This document shows positions 12,032 to 24,380 of a stretch of DNA of 64,000 nucleotides, one piece after another; the stretch's first letter is position 1; the number at the start of each line of letters is the position of its first letter. The position numbers were made by a program, and so were the translations under genes. The notes below the pieces were generated by a model that saw only the letters and a program-made list of their open reading frames with translations, made no database searches and had not been told where the DNA came from. Source of the DNA: Octopus sinensis (Eukaryota). The stretch covers positions 102,920,001-102,984,000 of the forward strand of contig NC_043006.1 of NCBI RefSeq assembly GCF_006345805.1, read 5' to 3'.

Positions 12032-12403
12032 GGAGGCGCAATGATTAGGGCAGCGGACTCGCGGTCGTAGGATCGCGGTTTCGATTCCAAGACCGGGCGT
12101 TGTGAGTGTTTATTGATCGAAAACACCCAAAGCTCCACGAGGTTCCGGTAGGAGCTGGTGGCGAACCCTGCTGTACTCTTTCACCACAACTTTCTCTTAC
12201 TCTTTCTTCCTGTTTCTGTTGTACCTGTATTTCAAAGGACCAGCCTTGTCACACACTATATCACGTTGAATCTCCCCGAGAACTACGTTAAGGGTACACG
12301 TGTCTGTGGAGTGCTCAGTCACTTGCACGTTAATTTCACGAGTAAGCTGTTCCGTTGATCAGATCATCCGTAACCCTCGTCGTCGCAACCGACGGAGTGC
12401 CGC
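12032..12403 (+). mobile_element. Full-length tRNA-derived SINE, family C (head GGAGGCGCAATG)
   Basis: A/B boxes (GGTTTCGATTCC), body ending GTCGTCGCAACCGACGGAGTGCC. Confidence 0.85.
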
Positions 12404-13105
12404 AAATGATTATTTCCAAACTTCTGAATGTACATACATACATGACTTGACTGTTTAATTCAGACACTCTTGACTTTTTCTCTCCATCCATTTTTTCTCC
12501 TCTTCTAGTTTTTCTGCAGAAGAGCGACATTTAGACTTTAGCCGCTCCTTTCATTTTTCCTGAGTTTAAACCTAATTGTTGCTTCTTTTTTACCTATTTA
12601 AAAAATTATTTTTGGATTATACATACACATACATGCATGCAAAACCACCCACCTCTTACACTCCCAACCCACACACGCATACATAATTTTATCTTAGGAG
12701 GGTCATTATGCCAATAAAAACACAAGCAGGGATTCTGTTTGACTTCTTGCATTATTATTGATTGGTCAAGTGGTTAACTACTTCCAAAACAACAACAACA
12801 ACAACAACAACAACAATAACAACAACAACACAGCAGTAACAACAAAATAATATAATGTATAATATAAATAATATAACAAGTGGATAGTAAATATGGTTGC
12901 ATTCACTTTCGTAATATTATAAGTCCCAAGCCATATTTCGCATAATAAAATCTCACAAGCCAAATATATAAATACAAAAATTATATATATGTACATATGA
13001 GAGGGATGATACAATTTACTGAACCTTCAGGTTTTAAAATGCTAGACCACTGCTATTAAATTAATGTGAATTAAATTAATATCCAATTTCTCACTCTCAT
13101 TTTAA

Positions 13106-13141
<36 letters not shown>

Positions 13142-13309
13142 GTCACATGTGGTACTCCAGTATGGCCACAGCCCTTGGACTGAAAAACATGAAACAATAT
13201 ATATATATATATATTATATTTTGTGAAATTTATCTAGTATTTCGAAATTGAATTTTTCCCTGTAAGTTAGGAATAATATTCCTCAAATAATTATATATAT
13301 ATATATATA

Positions 13310-13430
13310 TCACGTGATCACGTGACCGACCAGACCATAAGATGTTGTTACACATCGCTGGTCACAATGCGTTCGCATTGTTTTTTAGCCTTTGAATAAC
13401 GCCACCCCGCTGGCTAAGCGAGCAGGCCAA
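13310..13430 (-). mobile_element. SINE 3' fragment (C-head family D tail)
   Basis: Matches the tail of the copy at 16940-17229 (GATGTTG.TACACATCGCTGGTCACAATGCG). Confidence 0.75.
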
Positions 13431-13452
13431 TATATATATACATATATATATA

Positions 13453-13501
<49 letters not shown>

Positions 13502-13673
13502 TTATAAAATAAGATAGGGGTTGAAAATTAAACCCACCATGGGATAATATATATCCAATATACTGCCAGATAGGTACCCAACAAGATTAATACATAGATG
13601 TTAAAAATTGTCAAACAATTAGTTCATCTATTGTATTATATGGGTAAAGGTAATAATATTACCGTAAATTAAT

Positions 13674-14150
13674 ACTACAAAATTAGAGAATGGAGAAACA
13701 TACTTAAATCAATAAAACATCAACTATCCGATGATACCCAATCAATACTTTAATACACCATTACATATGAGTAAAGGCATTATACAAAATGAGATATACA
13801 GTAATAGTAAAAAGATAAAGAGATATAAGTAAAAAATGTCAAATATAATATGCAATTAAATCAAAACTGACAGCTGTTTCGGCAGTGAGGGCAGTCATAC
13901 CTCATTTAACCTCGTTAAATGAGGTATGACTGCCCTCACTGCCGAAACAGCTGTCAGTTTTGATTTAATTGCATATTATATTTGACATTTTTTACTTATA
14001 TCTCTTTATCTTTTTACTATTACTGTATATCTCATTTTGTATAATGCCTTTACTCATATGTAATGGTGTATTAAAGTATTGATTGGGTATCATCGGATAG
14101 TTGATGTTTTATTGATTTAAGTATGTTTCTCCATTCTCTAATTTTGTAGT
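13674..14150. repeat. Perfect palindrome: 237-bp arms, 3-nt loop (CTC, 13911-13913)
   Basis: 13674-13910 is the reverse complement of 13914-14150 with no mismatch seen; contains the half-hammerhead GCCGAAACAGCTGTC. Confidence 0.95.
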
Positions 14151-14191
14151 TATATATATATATATATATTATATATATTATATATATATAC

Positions 14192-14224
<33 letters not shown>

Positions 14225-14235
14225 ATATATATATA

Positions 14236-14296
<61 letters not shown>

Positions 14297-14767
14297 ATAC
14301 ATATATATATATACATATATATACCCACACCTATATATACGAACAAACATCTAGAAGAAATAACTGGGAAATGTCAACAGCATGAATTGGGTTATTTCAA
14401 TGTGTCACCAACTGAATGGCAGACCCAAAAACTTTATAATATATCGTGAACGCTGTTTAGTACATCACCCTTTAATGATTTGATTGAAATTCCTGTCATT
14501 GCACCTTTTAGTAAATTCACTTAGCTTTTCTAACACTGAATTATTCAGATTACTCTTGACCAGAAGTGGTATCTCTGTTTTATATACATAGAAATTGGTA
14601 GATTTTGTTAGAACCTATCGTTCTGATGCTGCCAAATAGACACAGCACCTGATTAACGTTGTGCTCGTATGGCAAATGTGAATGTTGATCTTTTTAGCAT
14701 GTATACTATGATGAACATTTATCTGTGTGCGTGTGTGTGTGTGTGTGTGTGAATATCAATATATATA

Positions 14768-15155
14768 CGTGGTTTGAGCAATAAGTATCCGGACTGTTGC
14801 TATAGTAACAAAGCTAAAGCACGGAGAAGGAGGCTGCTTGGCACAGATTCACCCGAAACTCTGCTGTGCAGGTGTACTAAGTTTCAATGTTCTAGCTCAC
14901 TTTCTCTGTTTATTGCAGTGCTTGGAAGGAAGGTGTGTAGCGTGTGATCGTCGCATTGACCATGACAGAGAAAGTTGAGCAGCGGATCCTCATCAAATTT
15001 TACCAAATGCTTGGCGATACCTGCACAAATTATTCATCGTTCTCGACACAGTCAAGTAAATCTTGTGCAGCTGAAACCCGAGTGTCTTTTTAGCCGGCTG
15101 AAAGCAGTTTTAGCACAAACTTGGCAGACACGCATCTCATACCCAAATCCTTAGG
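14768..15155 (+). mobile_element. Truncated mariner: 5' TIR, transposase N-terminus, then an inverted internal fragment
   Basis: TA|CGTGGTTTGAGCAATAAGTATCCGGAC; ATG at 14962 gives MTEKVEQRILIKFYQMLGDTC; minus strand 15030-15155 gives DLGMRCVSAKFVLKLLSA..DTRVSAAQDLLDCVENDE (WVPREL-equivalent region). Confidence 0.75.
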
Positions 15156-15198
15156 GATAATGGACTGATCTAAGCCGTAACTAATCTGCACATCCTTT

Positions 15199-15393
15199 GA
15201 GGACAAACAAGGACAGACAAACGGATTAAATCGATTATATAGACCCAAGTGCGTAACTGGTACTTAATTTATCGACCCCGAAAGGGTAAAAGGCAAAGTC
15301 GATTCGGCGGAATTTGAACTCAGAACGTAACGGCAGACGAAATACGGCTAAGCATTTCGCCCGGCGTGCTAATGATTCTGCCAGCTCGTCGCC
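15199..15393 (-). mobile_element. SINE family B
   Basis: Co-linear with 6218-6448. Confidence 0.85.
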
Positions 15394-15739
15394 TTCATGG
15401 TCTGGGATGCCACCGTTCCGAGCTAAGCTGAACATCGTCATGCTGAGTGGAGAAATCCGGAGAATGGAAATGCTGCGAAACGGAAGAAGGTACAAGGATT
15501 AAAAAAGTTCTCTATCGGGTGGCTCATGTATAGATTACACGTACATGAATGTAGGAGGGACGGGAAGTGTAGGGAGAGGAGTAGGGAAAGACGAGTGGGG
15601 TGATGATGTACCAGATTATGCAGTCGGGTCTGAGGTTTCAGGAAGCGTGTAAGATTGAGCGAAATATGGAGGAGTAAAGGAGAAAGAAGGGAAGCCAGTT
15701 GGGAAGAAGCGGAAACGGAGATGTCTAACGTTTTGTCAA

Positions 15740-15950
15740 TTCCTATATGTTAGATACAGCTTGCACGTTGCTTGTAGTATCCTGCTTTATGTGTTTTTGA
15801 ATGAAGCAATGTGATTCTAGAATCTTCGCTTGAAGGATCTGTCGGTCAGTCTAACGTATTGTTTTAGGTTGGTTCTCTCGTTGGTATCGGCAACTTTGTC
15901 CACTGTCATAAATGGTCACTTCCGTGTAACAACATCTATTGTTGGGGGTG
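15740..15950 (-). pseudogene. Probable GIY-YIG endonuclease relic of a Penelope-like element
   Basis: Minus frame KQYVRLTDRSFKRRF*NHIASFKN resembles Y-VG-T---FK-RFYNH--SF; G>R and Y>stop are each single-base changes. Confidence 0.5.
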
Positions 15951-16547
15951 AGGAATAACATAGTATAATTTGTTTAATGCAAGGAGTGCTATCAGTGATC
16001 TGCATTGTATTCAACTATTTCCTGTATTTGTTTTGCTGTGGAAAATATCTTTCTATTAAATTCCAGTTAACCCCAGCCGAAACCTCATCAGTAAAGGAGG
16101 CGCATATGTGTGTGTGTGTGTACACATACATCTATCTATCTATACACACGATACTTATAAAATTATTTGCATGATGTCAGTTTTTAAATTTAGGCCGTTG
16201 AAGCGTTGCGAAATGCACTAGAGGTAGGAGTTAAAAAACAAATAGGTTATTATTATTTATGAGTAAGCTAAAAATCTATCTAAGGCTATAGCATGAAACA
16301 TGTGTATGCCATCACATCTCTCCCTCTCGCAGTCTCTATATTCATATAAAAATACATACACCCATATGCATAAATATATACAAAATAATATTAATATGAT
16401 AATGCAAAAAAAGAAAAATCAAATGCTTATATAGTTACATGCATACACAACTACACAAATACCTGCATACATTTATCTATCTATTTATTCCACCTCTCTC
16501 TGTTTCTGTGTCTGTCTGTATACCTATCTCTGTATACATATATATAT

Positions 16548-16593
<46 letters not shown>

Positions 16594-16812
16594 ATATATA
16601 TTATATATATATATATATGTTTGTATACGTATATTTATTTATAAATACATAAACATACAAAAGCGTTCAACACTCATAAATAGTTTCCAAAACCTATCAA
16701 TTAAAGGTACTTAAAATTGGTGTATTAGAAATAACACCAGTTGAAACCGTGTAAGTGCTATTAATATACTAATAGCATATAGGATAGAAATTTATGATAT
16801 ATATGATATATA

Positions 16813-16846
<34 letters not shown>

Positions 16847-16939
16847 GCACACACACGCACACACATAGATAGGTACATGATTGTATAAATATCTAACTAT
16901 TTATAAACATATATGCATGTGTATGTATACTTGCCTATA

Positions 16940-17229
16940 TCACCGTTATCACCTTGACCGACCAGGCTATCAGATGTTGCTACACATCGCTGGTCACAAT
17001 GCGCTTCGCATTGTTTCAGCATTCAAATGACGCCAGGCCGACAGAAGAAAGAGTGAGAGAAAGTTGTGGCGAAAGAGTACAACAGGGATCGCCCCCACCC
17101 CACTGCCGGAGCATCGTGGAGTTTTAGGTGTTTTCGCTCAATAAAACTCACAACGCCCGGTCTGGGAATCGAAACCGCGATTCTACGACCGCGAGTCCGC
17201 TGCTCTAACCAGTGGGCCATTGCGCCTCC
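16940..17229 (-). mobile_element. tRNA-derived SINE (family C head, family D tail)
   Basis: Reverse head GGAGGCGCAATGGCCCACTGGTTAGAGCAGCGGACTC. Confidence 0.85.
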
Positions 17230-18146
17230 ATTTGCCTATATACTTATATGTAACTTTACGCTGTTATAGCATTGGATATATTCTCCGTTTGTAGATAATT
17301 TCGCGATTTAGTTGGAAATGTACGAGAATTTACAACATTGAAACGGTGTCGATTATGCTTGTATATGTTGCATCATTTGATAGGTCTTCTACAATGCAAC
17401 TATGTTGATATATATCTATATGTATATGTGTGTGTGTGTGTGTGTATGTTATGTAATTTATATATAGATGGACACACGCACACACATCTCAAAACATACA
17501 AATACGCATAAACACAAACACACACACATATATATATGTATATATTACTTTACATGTATCATGTTCATACGTAATTTTATAATCCTATAAATATCTTCCA
17601 TCGAACTATTTTATTTAGAGTTACACATCACATATTCTTGTTCCGGTGATACAGAACACATTTAAGCTTTGGTTTTCAAATGCATTTTTAAATAAGTGTA
17701 TTTGGAATACATCAAAACTATCGTACCTGTAACAGTTATATAAGAATCTTTCACTTTCTACAGTTTTTTCTGATTGTGTACATGACTATATAAACACTGT
17801 GCAAATGAATGTGTCTGTGTATTTAAATATTGATGTAACTCGTTTTTACTCAGAATGTTATATTCGATATACATACATACACACACACATGATGTATATA
17901 TATATATACATATGCATATACATATAAATACATACACAGACACATGTATGCATGTATTTTTACTGAGATCTCCCTTTTAGTAGAAAGAATAGCTATAACT
18001 CTTTGACTGCTATTTCTAAATTCGGTGTGTGGTGAGGCAATTCGTTGCTAAACCCTTAATTGCTTACTATATATATATATATATATATATAAACGTCGAA
18101 AGATGAAATAAGTGCTCAACAACGCATAGGTGGATACATAATTTAT

Positions 18147-18372
18147 TTATTTGTGAATTAAGGCCACCATTGGTTTCATGTTAAGAAAAGTAGGAATATA
18201 TCCTAATGTCTTAAAAATTTTCAAGCCGATCACATAGGGAAAGGTGTTCGCCTGTTTTCCAAAATGGAGGCGAGCATCTTTCCACATGTAATCGGCTTCA
18301 AAAATTGTTAAGACACTAGGCTATTTTCCTACTTTTCTTAATATGAAACCAAGCCTTAATTCACAAATAAAG
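18147..18372. repeat. Imperfect long hairpin (~105-bp arms, 14-nt loop)
   Basis: TTTATTTGTGAATTAAGGC...GGTGTTCGCCT pairs with AGGCGAGCATC...GCCTTAATTCACAAATAAA. Confidence 0.85.
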
Positions 18373-18380
18373 AAAAAAAT

Positions 18381-18760
18381 ATCCTTTATGTTTTATCTTT
18401 TACTTTGAGTGTGACAACACAGAGGCACCGCCCTGAAGGGTTTTAGTTCAATGATGTGACACCAGGCCTTTTTTAAAGTCTGGTACTTATTTTATCGCTT
18501 TTTTCGTCGAAGCGGTAAGTTGCTTCGATGTAAACACACCAAAACTGTTTGTCAAGCAATAACGGGAGCGATAAACACAGACACAAAGACACACACACAC
18601 ATACACGACAGTCTTTTTAAGTTTCTTTCTACCAAGTCCACAAGGGCGCTGGTCGGCGTCAGGTTACAGATGACTCTTTCCAAGCTGTCACGCCATGGCA
18701 CTGAAACCGAAACCAAGTGGTTGAGAAGCAAGCTTCTTACCACACAGCAACACCTACACC
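18381..18760 (-). mobile_element. SINE family A (diverged)
   Basis: Reverse head ...GCTGTGTGGTAAGAAGCTTGCTTCTCAACCAC. Confidence 0.75.
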
Positions 18761-19097
18761 TATAGAAAATAAAATTACTCTATACATTTATCTTTCCTAT
18801 ATTTTTCGCTTGAAAATTTTTTTTTACTTACATCATTCTTCCTCAGTAACAAACATTCCAAGTTTTCGTGCGCCACCTTCCTTTCATTGACACCAGATGG
18901 ACATTAATCACGTTAGAATCTCCTGTAGCCGCACAGTAAATTTTAGTATGCAGATAACGAATTGAAACCTCACACCAATTTTTCTAGACACATTTCCTCT
19001 TTATCAGTTTCACATTCCATTTCCACTTTTTGATTTTCTGCTAGTCTCGTTTTGTGTATTATTCATTACGACAGATAATTTTAACAGAATGGCTGCG

Positions 19098-19190
19098 TAT
19101 ACCTGATGAAAAAGAGCAGCGGATATCTTTGAAGCATTCATAATGTTATGTAATATGCACTCGTTGCCTCTTTGAAACAGCTGTAATATT
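19098..19190 (+). ncRNA. Type I hammerhead ribozyme motif with extended stem II
   Basis: CTGATGA at 19103; stem II AAAGAG-CAGCG / CGTTGCCTCTTT; GAAAC-AGCT-GTA at 19174-19185; stem I TATAC/ATATT is imperfect. Confidence 0.55.
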
Positions 19191-19587
19191 CCGCTGCTTC
19201 TTTCATTCTTTTAGACTTTTAATTTTCATCACAGATCAAGAAACGTTTATTGCTTTTGAACTGAAGTTGCACTGCATGTCACTTTAGCGGAATCTTCTGT
19301 CTAATTTCAATATGAAACGAAGTGTAAGTGATGCATTGATTAATAAAATTTATTTATCAATTATCGAGTCATTTCAATTTTCCAATCAAGCCTTGTTTAC
19401 ATTACAGCAATTACTTTTACCACCAAACTAATGAAGTGTCATCGTTTGAAGGCGAGAAAAGGCATTTTGACCAGTGATATCTAACAATATTTGATAATCT
19501 GGTCGATAGAGTGTTACGGTGATATTTTTTTTTTTATTTTATTTATTTTATCTAGTTTCAGCTCATGAGCTGTGGCCATGCTGCGGC

Positions 19588-19681
19588 GGCCACATGCAAA
19601 GTAAAAGGTAAAACATAAAGGATATATATATATATATATATATATATCCTTTATGTTTTACCTTTTACTTTGCGTGTGGCC
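19588..19681. repeat. Fold-back inverted duplication centred on (AT)n
   Basis: GGCCACATGCAAAGTAAAAGGTAAAACATAAAGGA-(TA)n-TCCTTTATGTTTTACCTTTTACTTTGCGTGTGGCC, one mismatch. Confidence 0.9.
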
Positions 19682-19870
19682 ATGCTGGGGCGCCGTCTTG
19701 AAGGGTTTTAATCGAACGAATCGACACCAGGATATTTAAAAAAAAGTTTGGTATCTATGCTATCGATTCTTTCGTCGAAGTGCTAGGTTGCTTCGTCGTA
19801 AACATACCAGCACCGGTTGTCAAGTGATAACGGGGGTGATAAACAGACACAAAGACACACACATGTAAAT
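19650..19870 (-). mobile_element. SINE family A 3' portion
   Basis: Reverse tail and CCGGTTGTCAAG...ACAGACACAAAGAC segment. Confidence 0.7.
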
Positions 19871-19896
19871 ACATACATACGTAGATACATACATAT

Positions 19897-19929
<33 letters not shown>

Positions 19930-20006
19930 TATATATATGTATATATATATATATGTATATATATATGTATATATATATGTATATATGTATATATATATGT
20001 ATATAT

Positions 20007-20059
<53 letters not shown>

Positions 20060-20104
20060 ATATATATATATATTACATATTATATATATATATATATGTA
20101 TTAT

Positions 20105-20310
20105 TTAATTGCTTTACTCGTTTCATTAATTTAACTGCAGCCATAGTGGAGCACCACCTTACAGGGTTTTAGTGGAACAAATCGAACCCGGGACTTATTC
20201 TATTAGTTTCTTTTTGCCGAACCGCTAGATCCGGGGACGTAAACACACCAACACCAGTTATCAAGCGATATGTTGTAGAGGACAAACACAGACACTAACA
20301 CACACACGCC
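20105..20310 (-). mobile_element. SINE family A 3' portion
   Basis: TTTGCCGAACCGCTAG...GGGGACGTAAACACACCAACACC. Confidence 0.75.
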
Positions 20311-20667
20311 CACATGTATAATGGAACATCTTAGAGAAGTGTAAACATTATACCAACGGTAGTGGTGAGCGCGGGGTTTGTAATATGGAAAGATGGTTCA
20401 TCTGCAAAAGTTCCTTAGACTCCGCTACATGTCTAAATTCAAGAACTGAACCTTTTGGTTCATGTCTATACATGACAAATTTTACACAGAATAATGGAAA
20501 CATAAATGTGCTGCTATAGTATGCAAACCAAGTGGGAGAAGTTTTATGAAAATCGATTCACAGGAAAGAGAGAAATCCAAAATTTTACTCGCAAGCTATT
20601 AGCGTGGTTCTGGGTGTAAATACGAATGTATGTACACACACAAACACACACATACACACACACACAA

Positions 20668-20699
<32 letters not shown>

Positions 20700-22131
20700 T
20701 TCTTAGTGACATAAGTGGTACTAATACCGAGAGGTAACATTTATGCCCACTTAAACGTGGATGTTCTGTTAGCAGCTTTTCATCTCCCGGCAGCGATATA
20801 TAGAATAGCAGTGCCAGAACCGGCTCTGGTATCGCGATTAGCGTCTAGCAGCCGAGCGTCCGTCACTGACAAGACGAAGAAAGGTCGATACCCCATGATC
20901 TGGTGGTTTCAGTGCTTGAGATGATGGGGCTTTATCTGCCCGCTTGCGATATAAAAAAAAAATGCATGCTGCACCAAAAGCCAACATGAGGATTTCTCTC
21001 ATGCCAACGACCGCAAGTACAGTTTATTCTAACAGAATTATCCGTAGATAAAACTGGGAAATGTAAGATGATATACAATAATTAAATGGCTGTATTGTTA
21101 CATATATGAAATCAGAACGAAAGACCTAAATTATATAATGTATAAATAATTGTATGAATGAGTTTGTGAAAGTAAATGCACCCATTGGGGTCTAGCAATT
21201 GAAGATGGAGTTCTAAAGGTGACAGGATTCTCTAAATGCGCTTGATTCTAAGATAGGGTATATTTTAGACATTGAACGGAAATTTTCGCTTTCTAGGAAG
21301 CAAAACGATTTGAATGTTATGTCGGTTGTAGAACTTTGACTTGCCAGTTAAGTACTAAATTTTGGCATCGGAATGGTGATATTCCTTGATGTTCTATATG
21401 AAGTTTGAGAGTGTTGGGAAGAATTTCTATTTCTGTTCCTTTTTACAAAGCGTAGAATTAAATCTATGTGACCTTACTTCAAAGTATTGTTTGTCTCATC
21501 AGTTCACCGTTACATATAGCAGAGTATACCGTGACTTTGTAAAAGTATTGATTACCGTATGTCAAATTTAGTTGGATGTTGCAGTTGCAAGACTTGTTTT
21601 TGAACTTGTATGATAGATGTTTATTTTCTCAAAGATTGTCTTCGAAGAGGGAAGCGGTTTTCGAGATTGTGTGGTAAAATTTACCCGTTTGTAAACAAAA
21701 TTAAAGAGTAGCTGAACATAAGGCTCGGAGACATTATACATATTCATACATATACATACATACACACACACGCACGCACGCACACACGTGTGTATGTATA
21801 CGCATAAATTTATATACATAATAATTACATCAAAACGCAAATAAGCTCACGGATACGTATATACATAAATGTTTATATATATATATTAGAAGGTTTGGAG
21901 ATGATGTACAGGTATTTTATATTAAAAGAAATGAGGTACTCAGAAATTCGGATGGTTTTATATTTACAGATATATATTTGTATATTACATGTTTTTATAC
22001 ATCATATAACTTATATCATATATCATATATTAGCGCTTTCGTCCATTCCGGTGGAGTTTTCAAATTGAACTAAGTTCCTGTGGAAAAATTTTGACCATTT
22101 TATAGTGTTATTGAGTGTGTAGTGTGTACAT

Positions 22132-22231
<100 letters not shown>

Positions 22232-22643
22232 ATGCATATATATATGTATATTCGTATGTGTGTGTGTGTGTGTTTGAAGAGCAAAACATTCCATATTTTA
22301 CGCTGTTCCAGTCCACCACTCAGCTTTCAAAAATGTGTACTTGCACCCTCTCTCTCAAAACCAGCCATTCATAGAACTTTATCCAAAAAGGTCATTTCTG
22401 AAGTCAATTTATACCCGTTTATTAATCTCTACTCTGTCTCCATGTCTATTTTCATTCATTTGTTTTCGTCTCTGTTCTCATACCAGCAGCGTCTATCATA
22501 CTAACCAATATTACATTGAGCGTCTGAGTTTTTCTATAGTTGAAGCTAATTCCTAAACTATTTTTAAATACTATCTATAAAGAAAACCTGCTAACCACTC
22601 GTGTTCAATTATGAATCACTTATCTCACGAGCTTAGTAAATTT

Positions 22644-22848
22644 CAGTGGGTGCTAAAAAGTGCCTGGCTTTGGGTAAAAGAAAATAGAAGAGAATCAATT
22701 ATGATTTTACTCAACGTATTCCTTTTACAGATTCACATACTCACTGCAGCGGTGCTTTTCTAAGCTCTGTAAAAGCACTCGTAAGGCTGAGCCTCCAAGA
22801 AGGCTTTTCGCGATACCCTTAAAGCCAGGATATTTTCTGCACCTTTTT
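22644..22848. mobile_element. Mariner-derived MITE (~205 bp, diverged TIRs)
   Basis: GGTGCTAAAAAGTGCCTGGCTTT ... AAAGCCAGGATATTTTCTGCACC terminal inverted repeats. Confidence 0.7.
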
Positions 22849-22878
22849 AATGTGCGTGTGTGTGCATACATACATACA

Positions 22879-22910
<32 letters not shown>

Positions 22911-22911
22911 A

Positions 22912-22942
<31 letters not shown>

Positions 22943-22944
22943 CA

Positions 22945-23354
22945 TTCTTTTAATCTTTTATTTGTTTCAGTCATTTGCCTGCGGCCATGCTGGAGCACAA
23001 CTTTTAGTCGAACAAATCGACCCCAAGGTCTTATTCTTTGTAAACCTAGTACATATTCTATCGGTCTCTTTTGCTGAACCGCTAAGTTACGGGGGCGTAA
23101 ACACACTAACATAGGATGTCAAGCGGTAGCAGGTCGACAAAAACACAAAGACGAACACACACACACACACACACACGCGCACACACATATACGGCAGGCT
23201 TCTTTCAGTTTCCGTCTACCAAATTCACTCTGAAGGCTTTGATCGGTCCGAAGCTATAGTAGAAGACATTGGCCGAAGGTGCCACGCAGTGACACTGAAC
23301 CCTGAGCCATGTGGATGGTAGGCAAGCTACTTACCATACAGCCACGCCTGCGCC
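22945..23354 (-). mobile_element. Full-length SINE family A
   Basis: Head GGCGCAGGCGTGGCTGTATGGTAAG and tail both present. Confidence 0.85.
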
Positions 23355-23559
23355 TACGCCTTATAAAAAAAAATTCCCTCTCGCGCCATGCCAAGTACGT
23401 ACTTGTGTTGAGTACTGTTTCTATTAGAATCAGCCAGGCTGATTTATACGGTTTTATTTTGTATCTGTATATACATGTGTGTGTGTGTGTGTGTGTGTGA
23501 TTCCCCTTCTCTCTCTCTTTCTATCTATCTAGCTACATACACACATATATGTGTGTGTT

Positions 23560-23830
23560 TGTGTGTATTTGTGTCTGCTTGTGTATGTGTATGTGTGTGC
23601 GAGATTGTGTGCTTGTGCTTCAGTGTGCTCGCTCGAGCGTGTGTGTGTTTGTTTCTGTGTCGGTATCTTTTGACAACCGTTGTTCCTTTGTTTCCGTCTC
23701 TGTAAATTATCAATTCAGCAAAAGAGCACCACAGAATAATTGCCTTACTTAAAGAATAATTTGTCCGACTAAACCCTTAAAGGCGGTGCTTTAGCATGGC
23801 CACAATCCAGTGACTGAAAGAATTAAAATA
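23560..23830 (+). mobile_element. SINE family A 3' portion
   Basis: TTGACAACCG...GGCGGTGCTTTAGCATGGCCACAATCCAGTGACTGAAA. Confidence 0.65.
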
Positions 23831-24224
23831 CAAAACATAAGAAGGTAATGCATGTTAGATTCAAGAGAAACGGACATTAAATAGTTGAGGAATCAATATT
23901 GCTTAAATATGCGTTCACATCAGTGAATAACACAAATCGGTTAACGTTACTCAAAATACTGCTGACGCGAGTTTATGCCAGTTTTCCTAACGATTAGGTT
24001 ACCAAGAGCAAAATACTCGCCATTGAATGGTACGCCAGTCCGTCTCAAGACCCACTCCCCAATTGCTGTTGTTATTAATATTTAGGTTTGGGAAATGGAA
24101 CACCGCGAAAGAGAATATTTTGTTCAAGAAAATGATGAACTGTACGGTCCAAGAATCGAACCTGTGTCTAACTATCCTTTGTCCAACCTACTAACCTTAA
24201 TTGCTTTCTTCATTGTTTTTAAGC

Positions 24225-24380
24225 CGTTGAGCTAACAGAAACATTAGCAGACCGGAAAAAATGCTTAGCAGTATTTCGTCCTTCTTTGCGCTCTGAGTTC
24301 AAATTCTACTTTCTCTTTCAGTCTTTCGGGATCGATAAAATAAGTAGCACAATCTTTCAAGATAGGTAAAATAAGTACCA
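24225..24380 (+). mobile_element. SINE family B (diverged)
   Basis: GAAACATTAGCAGACCGG...GAGTTCAAATTC...TCGATAAAATAAGTA. Confidence 0.7.

Noticed and set aside
12032-12110. tRNA-like sequences at SINE heads (also 17150-17229 and 49645-49710)
   Set aside because: A/B boxes are present, but they continue into SINE bodies and lack a complete acceptor stem, so they are not tRNA genes.
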